A DNA stretch of 64,000 bases from Hormiphora californensis (GCA_020137815.1 CM035359.1:5084001-5148000), one strand, 5' to 3'; shown: positions 22,186-63,399, counted from the stretch's first letter. Program-made: numbers and translations. Notes: generated from the sequence alone by a model not told the origin.

Positions 22186-24608
22186 ACGAACGTCGAACAC
22201 ATTGAAGAGTGAAGACATATTGTGAACACATTGAAGACACATTGAAGACACATTGAAGACACATCGTGGACAGTCTGAAGACATATTAAGAGCACACATT
22301 GAGGACAATTGCAATTTGTGGACAAATTGTGGGCACATTGTGGACAGATTGAAGACACATTTTGGACACATCGTAAGCACACATTGAGGACAAATCGTAG
22401 ACACATTGAGGACACATTGAGGACACATTGAAGACATATTTTGGACACATTGTGGACACATTGTGGACACATTGAGGACACATTGAGGACACATTGAGGA
22501 CACAATAGGACACATTGAAGACACATTGTGGACATATTGAGAACATATTATAAACACATTGAGAATATATTACGAACACATTGAAGACACATTGTGAACA
22601 CATTGAAGACACATTGTGGACACATTGAAGACACATTGTGGACACATTGAGGACACATTGAGAACATATCATGAACACATTGAGAGCATATTACGAACGT
22701 CGAACACATTGAAGACATATTGTGAACACATTGAAGACACATTGAAGACACATTGAAGACACATCGTGGACAGTCTGAGGACATATTAAGAGCACACATT
22801 GAGGACAATTGCAATTTGTGGACAAATTGTGGACACATTGAGGACACATTGAAGACATATTTTGGACACAATGAAGACATATTGAGGACACATTGGGGAC
22901 AAATTGTGGACACATTGTGGACACATTGAGGACACATTGAAGACACATTGAAGACACATTGTGGACACATTGAAGACACATTGTGGACACATCGTGGACA
23001 CATTGAAGACACATTGTGAACACATTGAAGACACATTGTGGACACATCGTGGACACATTGAAGACACATTGAGGACACATTGAAGACACATTGAAGACAC
23101 ATTGAAGACACATTGTGGACACATTGAAGACACATTGTGGACACAATGAAGACATATTGAGGACACATTGGGGACAAATTGTGGACACATTGTGGACATA
23201 TTGAGGACACATTGAGGACACATTGAAGACATATTTTGGACACATTGTGGACACATTGAGGACACATTGAAGACATATTTTGGACACATTGTGGACAGAT
23301 TGAAGACACATTGTGGACACATTGAAGACACATCGTGAGCACACATTGAAGACACATTGTAAACACATTGAAGACACATTGAGGACACATTGAAGATACA
23401 TTGTGGACACATTAAGGACACATTGAGGACACATTGAAGACATATTTTGGACACATTGTGGACACATTGAAGACACATTGTGGACACATTGAAGACACAT
23501 TGTAAACACATTGAAGACACATTGAGGACACATTGAAGATACATTGTGGACACATTAAGGACACATTGAGGACACATTGAAGACATATTTTGGACACATT
23601 GTGAACAGATTGAAGATACATTGAAGACACATCGTGGACAGATTGAAGATACATTGAAGACACATCGTGGACACATTAAAGACACATCGTGAGCACACAT
23701 TGAAGACACATTGTGGACACATTGAAGACACATTGTGGACACATTGAAGACACATTGTAAACACATTGAAGACACATTGTGGACACATTGAAGATACATT
23801 GTGGACACATTAAGGACACATTGAGGACACATTGAAGACACATCGTGGACACATTGAAGACACATTGAGGACAAATTGTAGGCACATTGTGAACACATTG
23901 AAGACACATTGTGGACATATTGTGAACACATTGAGGACACATTGAAGACACATTGAAGACACATTGTAAACACATTGAAGACACATTGAGGACACATTGA
24001 AGACACATTGTGAACACATTGAGAACATATTATGAACACATTGAAGACACATTGTGGACACATTGAAGACACATTGTAAACACATTGAAGACACATTGAG
24101 GACACATTGAAGATACATTGTGGACACATTAAGGACACATTGTGGACACATTGAAGACACATTGTAAACACATTGAAGACACATTGAGGACACATTGAAG
24201 ACACATTGTGGACACATTGAAGACACATTGTGGACACATTGAAGACACATTGTGGACACATTGAAGATACATTGTGGACACATTAAGGACACATTGAGGA
24301 CACATTGAAGACATATTTTGGACACATCGTGGACACATTGAAGACACATTGAAGACACATCGTGAGCACACATTGAAGACACATTGAGGACACATTGAAG
24401 ACACATCGTGGACACATTGAAGACACATTGTGGACACATTGAAGACACATTGTAAACACATTGAAGACACATTAAGGACACATTGAGGACACATTGAAGA
24501 CATATTTTGGACACATTGTGGACAGATTGAAGATACATTGAAGACACATTGAAGACACATTGAAGACACATTGTGGACACATTGAAGACACATTGAAGAC
24601 ACATTGTG
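22186..24608. repeat. 11-bp satellite (GACACATTGWR)n, ~2.4 kb
   Basis: Direct reading; higher-order duplication visible (22186ff vs 22693ff). Confidence 0.97.
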
Positions 24609-25149
24609 ATAGAACCTCGATCTATTCAATGCTGACTTTCGATTCGAAAGTCAGTATTGATTTTAGCATTAAAACCAATTTATATTTGTAATTGAAATTA
24701 ATTAAAATATTAATACATTACATAAACATCTAATTGTACACAAACTCTCATTTTATACTGCCCTTCACGGCTAGACACATGTGTAATATGTATAGTTCAA
24801 TTGGATACACATCGTGTATCCAAATAATCCTCCAATTCCCTCTCAGATATTTTCCAAATGAAATCGAAGAATTCGAGTAAAAACTGAGAGAATAATTTTA
24901 GTTTTATCATTCGCTTCCGCCCACCTATTGTCTTTTTGGTTCAAACACAGTTCGATGATTTGGTATACCGGCTACCATGATAACACATTCAACAGCTGCA
25001 AGTGTTCCAGTTCCGCTCTATCCAATTCCAAAATGAGTTTATTCCTGAAAATTAATTCCATTGAAAGGACATTTACACACATGATTCAATTTAATCGACT
25101 CCAACTATGTGTGTCAGTAATTACTAATTATATATTATCTATAGTACCT

Positions 25150-39723
<14,574 letters not shown>

Positions 39724-40785
39724 TTCTTAAACAGCTCCTCCTTCAACCACGATCCTGCCCTAATTTCTTGTCCCGAGTTTCTAGATCAGAGCACACCAAT
39801 TGCCCTTGAATCTGGCAAACGATGATCTAGCTGCGGGGAAATCGGTTAGTCACAAGTAACAATTAAATTGCAATGGTATTGCAATGGAAGTGAGGGGCGG
39901 GATGGGACATTAGAGAGTCAGAATAGACCCGAAAATCATCATGGAAAATATGATGACAATTATGAACCCCTAGAGGGGGTAATTGTTCAAGGCCCGATAC
40001 ATGTATCAGATACAACACAACAAGACACAAACACCCCGCGGAACACGGACAAAGGTGTAAGCCCTTCCTAGAGAGCTGTCTCTATCTCCGCGATGTGTAC
40101 AGAAGTGCGTGCTAACCAAAAAAAGAGATAGAGAGGAGGAGAAAAGATAGAGAGATAGACATATAGTAATAGAGAGAAAGAGATTGGAAACAGACAGTAC
40201 AAGCACCTACAATTACACATGATCCAGGATCAATCAAATTGATAGAAGTCCTGCAATCCAAAGTCTGGTCCATGCTTCGTCAAGACACCCGGGGCTGTAT
40301 AAAAACCTGAAAATATGTGGTAATTTTCTCGATTTCAGATAATCATGATAAACGTTGTTAAATGAGACATTGAGGTAGATTGCGCTTGAAGTTGGAAGGA
40401 CAAGGAGGAAATGAATTTAAGGTCTATAATAGACACTTGTTATAGATAGTTATATATCCAAGCACAATCTACCATGATAAATTGAAAACACGAGATATAA
40501 GAACAGTCCAGATGGTATTGGACAGAGGAGACTAAAATGTCTGGAATGGTGTACAATATTATGTCATCACGTGATATATTTTACAAAACCTCACAACACT
40601 CTCGTCCCTCTCTTTCCCCCTGTGTGTGTCTATCTTGTTCAGATGTATACCCCCCTCATAACATCAGATGTACACGTTTTGTTGAGTCGCAGCTGGCTCA
40701 AACATATAGGGCGACCGTGATGATCAGGAATATAATTAATGATGAAATGACCCGGGAATGACCCACTCCCACGTTGGTGTCAAGT

Positions 40786-40868
40786 ACCAATCAGAACTCG
40801 TTATTTAGGTCACGTGACTGGTTATCAGCCAATCAGGGACCAGTATTTCCTGATTCGGTCGGTTCCTG
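40786..40868 (-). mobile_element. Truncated copy of the 109-bp hAT MITE
   Basis: One TIR only; flanked by the direct repeat GTGTCAAGTACCA. Confidence 0.8.
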
Positions 40869-41313
40869 GTGTCAAGTACCACGGAAGGATCATCACGAAT
40901 GACATATACAGTTTACACACACACTCATGATTTTCAACGCGTTACCACTCACGCATCGCAGGAGCAGTATTATATATAACGTACCCTTTCCGGAAAAAAT
41001 CTCTTTTAAAGCCAAAAATACTAGTATCTTAAGGCGAAGTCTTTAGTAAACTTCAAAAAAAACTATCTCAAACCCGGCACATATCTTTTAAATTATGATT
41101 TAAATAATAAACTCATATATTAAATGCACATAAATCTCTAAGAATAGAGCATGTATATTATATATATATAGAGGCTATTATATGGGAAGGGCAGTCGAAT
41201 GCTCTACATTTGTCTTTCTCGGGGCGCACGGTGTACTCTATTAGGATAATACTATAAACCAGTCTCTCTCTATTCCTCTCCCTTCCTCTCGTCACCATGT
41301 GAACATCTCGTCT

Positions 41314-55107
<13,794 letters not shown>

Positions 55108-55401
55108 CTCTCTCTATCTATATCTCTGTATTACATATCACTAAACTAGTTAAATAACTGGTTACATGATTTTGAGAAGGTATATTCATATTGTAGAACA
55201 TGTATCGCAGATTGCAGAGGGGGTTAACCTAAAAATTTCGATTTCGATTTGCCAAAATCAGGGTAAACATTCATAAACATTCATAAATAAATTAAGTATG
55301 GTACACAAAGTTTTAGCTCAAAAGGAGCCAACACTCAGATGACATGGAAAGTCAGCAGGTTATATGTATCAGCCACATAACGATGAAAAGCAAAACATAC
55401 T

Positions 55402-58371
55402 TCATGAATCACCCATCTCACGGAAAACACTCGGATCATTTCTCCAGTCAATCAAGGAGTTACTGTGCTCCACCCGGTAGCCACGAACAGGTGGTTTGTC
55501 GGGAATGGTAGTTAAGTAGGACCCAAGGGACTGTTTCAACTCGAGCAGTGATGTTGACTCTCTCACTGCACGGGGTAGGGAATTCCACAACTGCGCTCCT
55601 CTAACACCGAATGAAGAGTCATAAGGGCCAGATATGGATTTTTGAGCGAGGTAATTGTAGCGGGGGACCAATGCTCTTGTACCAAGACGGGTGTGCTCAG
55701 TAAACAGGAGACCGGTGCCGTTTGGAACTACCTCGTGTAGAACCTTCCAGACATGGATAATCATGTATCGTTCACGACGCCGCTGGAGGGACAAGATTTT
55801 GAGATGTTGGAGCCGATCCCAGTACCCCATACCAGAGCAGCTCTCAATCCTACGTGTGAAGTGTCTCTGGGCTTCTTCGACCAAGGCAATATCGGACTTT
55901 TTCACCGGACTCCATAATGGACAGCAGTACTCCACCTGAGGTCTTATGATGGACTTCAGTAAAGTTAGCATTGTATCATCAGATCTGTCTCGAAACACAC
56001 TTAGTGCCCAACCACTCATGCGACGAGCCTTAGCTGTTATGCTGCCTATGTGCTCAGACCATGTGCAGTCTGCAGATACAAGAACCCCTAGATCTTTGAC
56101 AGTGGAACTTGGCGATATAATCTCACCTCCAGGTCCGCTATAGAGGTAGTTATCAGTGGAGAAAGGAAGCTCCCTCAGAAGTTGGGTGGAACGAAGTGTA
56201 TAGTTCAGCACCTCGAACTTATCCTGATGGAGTGACATATTGTTGTCTATAGCCCAACGACCAAATTCATTAAGACTCAGCTGTAGATCATCTCTGTCAT
56301 TGAGTGACCTAATAGCTTTCCACAGCTTAGAGTCATCTGCAAATGTTAGGACTGTGCCAGCAAGGAGTGATTCAATGTCTATCATGTAAACCAAGAACAG
56401 TAGCGGACCAATAACAGTACCCTGAGGGACGCCACTAATGACGAATTCCGGACGAGACTGAACTCCGTCTACCACAACTGTCTGTACTCTAGCTGAAAGA
56501 AAGTCACTTATCCAACGCAGCAATCTACCACGTATACCATACTTTTCAAGCTTTCCTAATAGCACCTTAATATCGACCTTGTCAAATGCCTTCTCCATAT
56601 CCAAATAGACGACATCCACTTCCAAACCATTATTCAGTTCACGCATGATGTTATCATAATGGTTCAAGAGTTGGGTCAGACAACTCCTATTTCTTCGAAA
56701 GCCGTGCTGACCATCATTGAAGATTCCATTTCCCTCCAGGTGATCCACAACTTTGTTCCTCACAACCCTTTCAAAAGTCTTGATCATATGGGATGTGAGT
56801 GCAACAGGGCGATAGTTTTTGGCCTCCATCTTTGAACCCTTCTTGAAGACTGGTGTAACCTGTTGACGTTTGAGACAGGCTGGTACAACACCCTCAGTGA
56901 ATGAACGGTTCCAGAGCAACCAAAGCGGGTATGCTAGCTGTTTCCGGCACTTGGATAGTATAACCGCAGGTATGTCTTCTGACGGTGCTCCAGCGTAAGG
57001 GTCCAGTTCAGCCAGTGCAGCTTCAATACAGCTGGGGGTGAAGTCAAGTTCATCTAGTGTGCAGGTCGTAGAAGGAATGTCCTTGATAGCCTCCTCAACC
57101 GAGCACATGGATGGGTCACTGAATACTCCTACATATTGTGACTGGAGAATATTGGATTTTTCCAAAGGGTCATCAGTCACTGTGCCATCAGATCTCAGGA
57201 GTGGTGCCACACTGGATTTGATTTTTCGGTGCTTGTTAACAAAGGACCAGAAAAACCGCGAATTCGACTTGATGGTGTCAATGGCTTTCCTCTCCTTCAT
57301 TACCAGCAGCCCTAACAAGTGAGCCTTAATGTTATCGGCTGTCTTGTTTACCTTGCGTTCGAGTTTATTGATAAGAGACTGGTGTGATTTTCTCTGTATC
57401 GCCAGTTTTACCCGAGAATTCAGCTTTTTTTGCCTCCTTTTCAGTCTTCTCAGGTATGGATCTCTCTTTCTTTGAGTACCAAACCTCTTTCTTTTGCTGT
57501 GTTTTTCAAACACCCTTAGTATAGTCTCTCTGATACACTGAACAAATGAGTGGCCATCATCATCAGTGTTACAAGAGGTCAGTAGTGAGTCCCAATCAAT
57601 ACCTTTCAGCTCCTCTCCTGCAGCAGTAAAATCTGCGTTGTGGTAGTCAAGGGCCTTGAACCCCTTTCCAGCTGTTTCACAGTCTGATTTGGACTGGCGG
57701 AGCCCGATTCCGAGGACACAGGACACCATGGAATGATCCGACATCTGAGTAGCTGATACATCGGTGTCAAGAACATAATCCACCCTGTTTGTAAGTACGA
57801 TGTCCAGTATGTTCCGGCCTCGGGTAGGCTCTGTAACCAATTGTGTAAGGAAGTTTCTCTCTGCAAAGTCAACCAGGGCATTACCCTGGTCCGCTGATAC
57901 AGATGTCCAGTTAACCTGAGGCATGTTAAAGTCACCAAGCGTAAACACATCGGGAGGGCAATCTCCACGCGAGTGGCGTGAGATGAATTCCTCCAGCATT
58001 CCTAAAACTACGTTCACAGGCACTGTGGGAGCCCTGTAAACTGATGAGATAATACAGTTCGTGTTTGGTATGTATACCGCTACGATACTATTGCTGTCAT
58101 CTGAAAAGGTGATCTGGTCGGATGGTGTCATAGATGAGTGGAGATACAGGGCACAGCCACCCCCAACCCTACCTTCCCGATCGCTGCGGATGACAGAAAA
58201 ACCAGGAATATCAACCTGTGCGTCTGCGTACTCAGCCCTCCACCAAGTTTCTGTTATGGCTGCAGCCATGACAGGGATATTAGAGTTCATAATGGTATCC
58301 TTTAGGTTCTCCAGTTTGAACCTTGCCTCACTGCCCGCCGACGGGTTCAAGCTACGGGCATTAAGGAGCAA
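55402..58371 (-). CDS. LINE ORF2: APE endonuclease + reverse transcriptase
   Basis: NARS, ITETW, GGG, GDFN, SDH (APE); NYRPVAL, QHGF, DMEKAFD, GVPQG, FADD, KDLGV (RT). No AUG upstream of the NARS motif; the frame is open up to ~58608. Confidence 0.95.
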   Translation of the reverse strand: MLLNARSLNPSAGSEARFKLENLKDTIMNSNIPVMAAAITETWWRAEYADAQVDIPGFSVIRSDREGRVGGGCALYLHSSMTPSDQITFSDDSNSIVAVYIPNTNCIISSVYRAPTVPVNVVLGMLEEFISRHSRGDCPPDVFTLGDFNMPQVNWTSVSADQGNALVDFAERNFLTQLVTEPTRGRNILDIVLTNRVDYVLDTDVSATQMSDHSMVSCVLGIGLRQSKSDCETAGKGFKALDYHNADFTAAGEELKGIDWDSLLTSCNTDDDGHSFVQCIRETILRVFEKHSKRKRFGTQRKRDPYLRRLKRRQKKLNSRVKLAIQRKSHQSLINKLERKVNKTADNIKAHLLGLLVMKERKAIDTIKSNSRFFWSFVNKHRKIKSSVAPLLRSDGTVTDDPLEKSNILQSQYVGVFSDPSMCSVEEAIKDIPSTTCTLDELDFTPSCIEAALAELDPYAGAPSEDIPAVILSKCRKQLAYPLWLLWNRSFTEGVVPACLKRQQVTPVFKKGSKMEAKNYRPVALTSHMIKTFERVVRNKVVDHLEGNGIFNDGQHGFRRNRSCLTQLLNHYDNIMRELNNGLEVDVVYLDMEKAFDKVDIKVLLGKLEKYGIRGRLLRWISDFLSARVQTVVVDGVQSRPEFVISGVPQGTVIGPLLFLVYMIDIESLLAGTVLTFADDSKLWKAIRSLNDRDDLQLSLNEFGRWAIDNNMSLHQDKFEVLNYTLRSTQLLRELPFSTDNYLYSGPGGEIISPSSTVKDLGVLVSADCTWSEHIGSITAKARRMSGWALSVFRDRSDDTMLTLLKSIIRPQVEYCCPLWSPVKKSDIALVEEAQRHFTRRIESCSGMGYWDRLQHLKILSLQRRRERYMIIHVWKVLHEVVPNGTGLLFTEHTRLGTRALVPRYNYLAQKSISGPYDSSFGVRGAQLWNSLPRAVRESTSLLELKQSLGSYLTTIPDKPPVRGYRVEHSNSLIDWRNDPSVFREMGDS

Positions 58372-58412
58372 CAGTTTGGAGAGATTACTGGGAACTGAGG
58401 ATCCTGTTTCAT

Positions 58413-59750
58413 TTAGTAAGACCGTCTGTCCCTCTGGTGGTGAGGGCTGTATGTGTTGCCCATTCCTAGGGGGAGTTGGGTCGGTTGGGAGCTGTAGTGC
58501 TGTTGGTCGGGCTCCCGCTCCGGGCGATTCCTCATCTCCATCCTCACTATCCCGGCTATAGATTCCCTGAGTCGGTCGACGATGGCTTCTAAAAAAGCCG
58601 GGTCTGGGTCATGCCTAGGGCTCTGGTTCTGCTCCTGGGGCCATTGTGCTCTGCTTGGCACCCTAGCCCTATTAGGCTCCGAAGACCAGTTTCCTGGTTC
58701 ATTTGGAGGTGCTTGGTTTGCACCCCTGCTCCGAGATGATTGGTTCCTGTCACGATCATTCCGAGCATAACCAGTGTTCCGGGGTGCTTCGTCAACTCTT
58801 AAAGGCGGGCTCCTCTGAGTATCTTTAAGATGTTGCTTCATGCAGTTTTGTTTAAAGCACTGGTGACGTAACTCTGAGTTCTTACAGAGGGGAGGATGAA
58901 ATAGGTTGCAATTTGTAGCATCACATCCAAATCTCCTCATGGTTCCATAGTTACAGAACTTTTTACACAGGGTGGGGTGGGCTTTTGGGCAGGTTCTGTT
59001 TCCAACCCTAACAGTTCCGTTTCTGCCGTGTCGGCATCTCCTCTGCAGGTAGAATTTACAAACCTCCGTGCCCGACCCTGTATCTCCACCGGCAGGTGGG
59101 TCATTGTTCCTTCTGGCTCTGCCAGCAAGATCGTTCCCTCCGCCAGCAGGCTGACTGGTCCTTCTGCCCAATACCTCTCTATTTGAACTGCGTCGGGTTG
59201 AATTTAGAGTAGGGTTTGGAGGACCTCCCTCAGGTAGGTGACTGTTGAACCTCTCAATAGTATGTTTTGAGACACAGTCGTTGCACATCCATATTCGGCT
59301 CCTAGTGTTGGTTGTGTTCCCAGCTTCCGCAAGGATAGCCGAACAGTTGTGAAGTCCAGCATCGCAATAGTTACACCGAACAGGGGGTGTATCAGTCCTT
59401 TTGACCGTATAGGATTCACTACACTCTCTGCATGTTTGGGGAAAGAGAGCCTCAGTCCTCATGATAATCCAGTCTGACAGTGTTCTCTCTGAGCGGTATT
59501 TTTTCGCTCCAGTCACACATGTCACCTCTTGTCCGAGGAAAGCTGCAGTAGCCTCTAGGTCACTTACAGGGAGTGTTTCGATCTTCGGTAGCATCTCCTC
59601 ATAGGTTAACTCAGGATCATAGGCTTGGAGCACCTCCTTGACAGGGGTATCCGCTTCAGCTAACAGCTCCGAGAGTATCCGCAGTTGTTCCTCAGTTGTG
59701 TTTGTAGAGGACATATCTTCTGAAATCATTTGAGGTGGAGGATGCCGCAC
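58413..59750 (-). CDS. LINE ORF1 with PHD-like and tandem CCCH zinc fingers
   Basis: CREC..CNYC..H.C..WMCNDC; CKFYLQRRC..CPKAH; C..C..CNLFH; C..C..CMKQH. Confidence 0.85.
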   Translation of the reverse strand: MRHPPPQMISEDMSSTNTTEEQLRILSELLAEADTPVKEVLQAYDPELTYEEMLPKIETLPVSDLEATAAFLGQEVTCVTGAKKYRSERTLSDWIIMRTEALFPQTCRECSESYTVKRTDTPPVRCNYCDAGLHNCSAILAEAGNTTNTRSRIWMCNDCVSKHTIERFNSHLPEGGPPNPTLNSTRRSSNREVLGRRTSQPAGGGNDLAGRARRNNDPPAGGDTGSGTEVCKFYLQRRCRHGRNGTVRVGNRTCPKAHPTLCKKFCNYGTMRRFGCDATNCNLFHPPLCKNSELRHQCFKQNCMKQHLKDTQRSPPLRVDEAPRNTGYARNDRDRNQSSRSRGANQAPPNEPGNWSSEPNRARVPSRAQWPQEQNQSPRHDPDPAFLEAIVDRLRESIAGIVRMEMRNRPEREPDQQHYSSQPTQLPLGMGNTYSPHHQRDRRSY

Positions 59751-60479
59751 CTCAAATTAATTTGTTTAAAGTAGTGTTGAAAAGTTTGATCGAAACTTTT
59801 AGGTCAACAAAACTTGGTCGGCGAGCTAGATAAAAGTAATCTAGACCAGATCCGATTAAAAATCTTGCTTTACCCCCAGAGAGCTGCACAATACAAACCA
59901 TGCAATGGAGAACCCCGTATATTTTTAGCGAGGACATGTCCATAATAAAGGCTCTTATGAACATGCCACCACATCAACAACTGAGGGGGGTTCAGTTTGG
60001 TTTTGAAATTCGCAATCAGATATCAAAAACATCATTCAGAGATTAAGAAATGAACCATGAACGGCATACCTTTTAGCATATATACGCAAAGCAAGCGAGG
60101 CAGGGGCCAACTCAAATGAATTCTGATGTCGCGGTGCTGATCTCCGTTTTTAGTCACCAAAGTTAGGTGTTTCAGTCATGGTATGTTCTTTCAATGTGTA
60201 TGCCAGCACGACAAGAGTGTGTTCTTGTGTATCATCACTACTCGGGTTCAGGGCTCTCAAAAAGTTCCAATTCACAACTTGGTTACAGATCGGCTGCGTC
60301 GTGACCGGGTCTGGACGAAAAATCCTGATGGAAAGGAGTACAGTTTCTAGTAGAGAACGTGTAGGTGTAAGGTTTTTTAGGTCTGCGAGCTTCTTGTAAA
60401 ACACTTCGGTTCTTGGACCCATGAGTATTGAGCAATGACACCAGTTGTTGAAAAAACAAGTGGGGTGAAAGTTACAACT

Positions 60480-60700
60480 ACTCTTGCATCATAATGTAGC
60501 ACTTTTTCACGCTTGCATGGAGGTTACCAATCTTGTAGGGGGACCACAGGGGTGAGCAGTGTTCTACTTTACACCTTATAAATGACTTGCAGAGTGTTAG
60601 AATAGTAGTAACTGACCTAGATCCTTAAACGCTCTAAGTGTCCAGCCAGCCATCCTCTGTGCTTCTGAAGAAATGCTTGTTGTCACATGGTCTGTCCGAG
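60480..60700 (-). pseudogene. Degenerate CR1-type RT C-terminal fragment
   Basis: AQRMAGWTLRAFKD..TILTLCKSFIRCKVEHCSPLWSP parallels ARRMSGWALSVFRD..TLLKSIIRPQVEYCCPLWSP in the intact LINE. Confidence 0.7.
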
Positions 60701-61530
60701 AGCCGCTGTCTGAGAGATTATGAAAGGGACTGACTTAATACAGTCAGTTCATCCTTGTGGGACCTTTTTTCTTGTCTTTCTCCTCATCATCATCACAAAA
60801 TATTTAATATTCCACTTTGTCCAATAACGACAATTTGGATTATCTCGTTTATAGCCTAGAAAGTTAGAGTAGTACTTACAATTTACATATGCTAAAACAC
60901 ACAGGCTAAACTCACGACTTTCTAAAGCGGCGGAGCCTACTTCGAATTGCTTTGAATTATACTCAAACCACAAACGGTAGGCCCAGGCCGTTCGAAGGAA
61001 GCTCCAATACTCAAGAAACTAATTAGAATAAATCATATCTGTCTTGAATTAAGACCCTTGAATTAAGTCCGTTACACATGCATTTCATACACATATTAAA
61101 GTCCAGATCCTCGTTGGACCCGTACACAATTTATGGCAGATTACATTTACACATAAAGAGGCTTAAGATTATTCGACTGTCGAAAGTATTTCCACTTTCC
61201 TGGGAGCTGGGAGCACAAGCCATACAGGACAATGTCCACACAGCTTGAGAGAAGAGGACGAAAATAATAAACAGTAAATTAATTCAGTGCCTTCTTCCTC
61301 GGTTCCTTAGTTCCTCGTACAGGTTACTTGTTCACTATGCATTTTTTTTCTTTTTTTTTGAAAATTCACGAACCCCAACACCGATTGGCATTATTTTCCA
61401 ACAGCCGAAGAGAAGCTGCCGAACTTCGGCAGCCGAAGAGAGAAGTTTAAGTTTACGCACAATTTATCACAAAGTCACACAATTAATATATAACTTCGTC
61501 CCGCTCTTACACCATACACTAATAAAGTGA

Positions 61531-63280
61531 TACAAGAAGATTACAAGATTACAAGATTAAAATTATATTTATAATGTCAATAAATTAAATAAATGTAATT
61601 ATTGACACCCCGCTAATACACTAAACATATTGGTTCACAAGTATTAAAAATAAATATGTCCAACATGCGGACGTTTCCGCCCGTAGCTACCTCTAGCTGG
61701 GTTATCTCGTCTAATTCAAACACTCTTCAATATCACATTGTATGTACAAAAAAACAGAATCAATAAACTGTCGTGATAACAAGTGATGAGTAGCGTGTAG
61801 AAGGGATGTTGTAGATAGTTTGTAGAATGAGGAATGAGGATGTGCTCGATATGGAGCAGCGCAAGGAAAAGGACCCAGGGATCGATGTGGAGGAGGTAGG
61901 AGTAAAGGACCCAGGGATCGATGAGGAGCAAGGTAGGAGTAAAGGACCCAGGGATCGATGTGGAGGAGGTAGGAGTAAAGGACCCAGGGATCGATGTGGA
62001 GCAGGTAGGAGTAGAGGACCCAGGGATCGATGTGGAGCAAGGTAGGGAAAGGACCCAGGAATCGATGTGGAAGAGGTAGGAGTAAAGGACCCAGGGATCG
62101 ATGTGAAGGAGGTTGGGAAAAGACCCAGGGATCGATGTGGAGCAAGGTAGGGAAAGGACCCAGGAATCGATGTGGAGGAGGTAGGAGTAAAGGACCCAGG
62201 GATCGATGTGGAGGAGGTAGGAGTAGAGGACCCAGGGATCGATGTGGAGGAGGTAGGAGTAAAGGACCCAGGAATCGATGTGGAGGAGGTAGGAGTAGAG
62301 GACCCAGGTATCGATGTGAAGGAATACACGAGAAAAAGGGAGCCCAGGAATCAGGAATAGGAGTTGGAGACAGTAGTTACTCAGGAATCCATGTGGATGT
62401 ACCAAATGTAGGGAAGTGAGGATTATTTTGCCGATCATTGGTTGTATGCTCTAAAGAACAAGTGCGTCTTCAGGGATGTTTTAAAAGTAGTAAGGGATTC
62501 TGAGTCCCGGATTGATCGTGGTAGCTGATTCCATAATTTAGGTGCAGCAATACTCGTAGTGGTGTTCTCGTAGTGGTACTCACTCCTCCGCACCTCTTTC
62601 AGAGCGGTGACGTCATTATCCACTCGGAGTGATTTCACTTTCTGGGGCCGCTTCACTAACATCTCAGACATGTATGGAGGGGATTGATCATGAAGAGTCT
62701 TGTATACCATCAAGCAAATTTTGTACTCTATTCGCTGTTTCACAGGCAAGAAGTGTGATTTCATACGAAGTTTTGTTACACCGCGTTTTCCTCTTTTCCC
62801 GTAAATGTATCGTGTCGCACTGTTCTGAACTTTCTGTAGACGTTTCAGGTCAGAATCCTTTAATGAAACCAAAAGAGAGTTGCAATAATCGATACGGCTA
62901 TGAATAAGGGTTGAAACCAGCTTAGTTTTCTGTGCCTTACTCAATTTTCCGGCTATTCTCCACATCTGTACCAGTTGTAGATTGCAAGCTTTGACAACTT
63001 TAGTAACGTGATCGGCCATCGATAATGTGCTGTCAAACATTACGCCCAAGTTTCTCGCTCTTGGGGTGACTTCTGTTTCGCCATCTTCTGGATTGATCAA
63101 TATGTTCTCAATATCAGGTGATTTACTCCATTTGTTTTTCAGGATGAGAACTTCCGTTTTCTCTGGGTTGAGCTTCAGCATACTATGAGCCATCCACAAT
63201 TTTATGTGTGCCATGCATTTCTGTAGTCTTTCGGTCACCTCACCGATTGATTCTGGTGAGAATGAAACATATATTAACTC
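61531..63280 (-). mobile_element. 5'-truncated L2/Crack-type LINE (RT C-terminus, 3' UTR, tail)
   Basis: ORF 62435-~63275: LKLNPEKTE, RNLGVMFD, SRIDYCNSL, LQKVQNSA, APKLWNQLP, FKTSLKTHLF; (AATCTTGT)n tail at ~61531-61558. Confidence 0.85.
61865..62322. repeat. 36-bp minisatellite in LINE 3' UTR
   Basis: ggagtaaaggacccagggatcgatgtggaggaggta x~12. Confidence 0.92.
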
Positions 63281-63399
63281 ATTGCATTGCCATCCCAACT
63301 TTCGTTGTTAAAATCGAGCTCCCTTATCTATCCTATCTACTATCTCCTAACGGACACCCAACGGACATCCCAACGGACATCCTGACTATCTAATCTACC

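Larger units (their letters stand above)
55264..59980 (-). mobile_element. Apparently full-length CR1-type LINE
   Basis: Two uninterrupted ORFs and a short 3' UTR ending in ATGAATGTTT repeats (~55264-55290); 5' boundary approximate; no TSD seen. Confidence 0.85.

Noticed and set aside
22060-24629. Long Cys-rich 'MCPQCVFNVSS' ORFs up to 491 aa (metallothionein- or keratin-like)
   Set aside because: Open in all three minus frames because the 11-bp satellite lacks stops; no splice or signal context.
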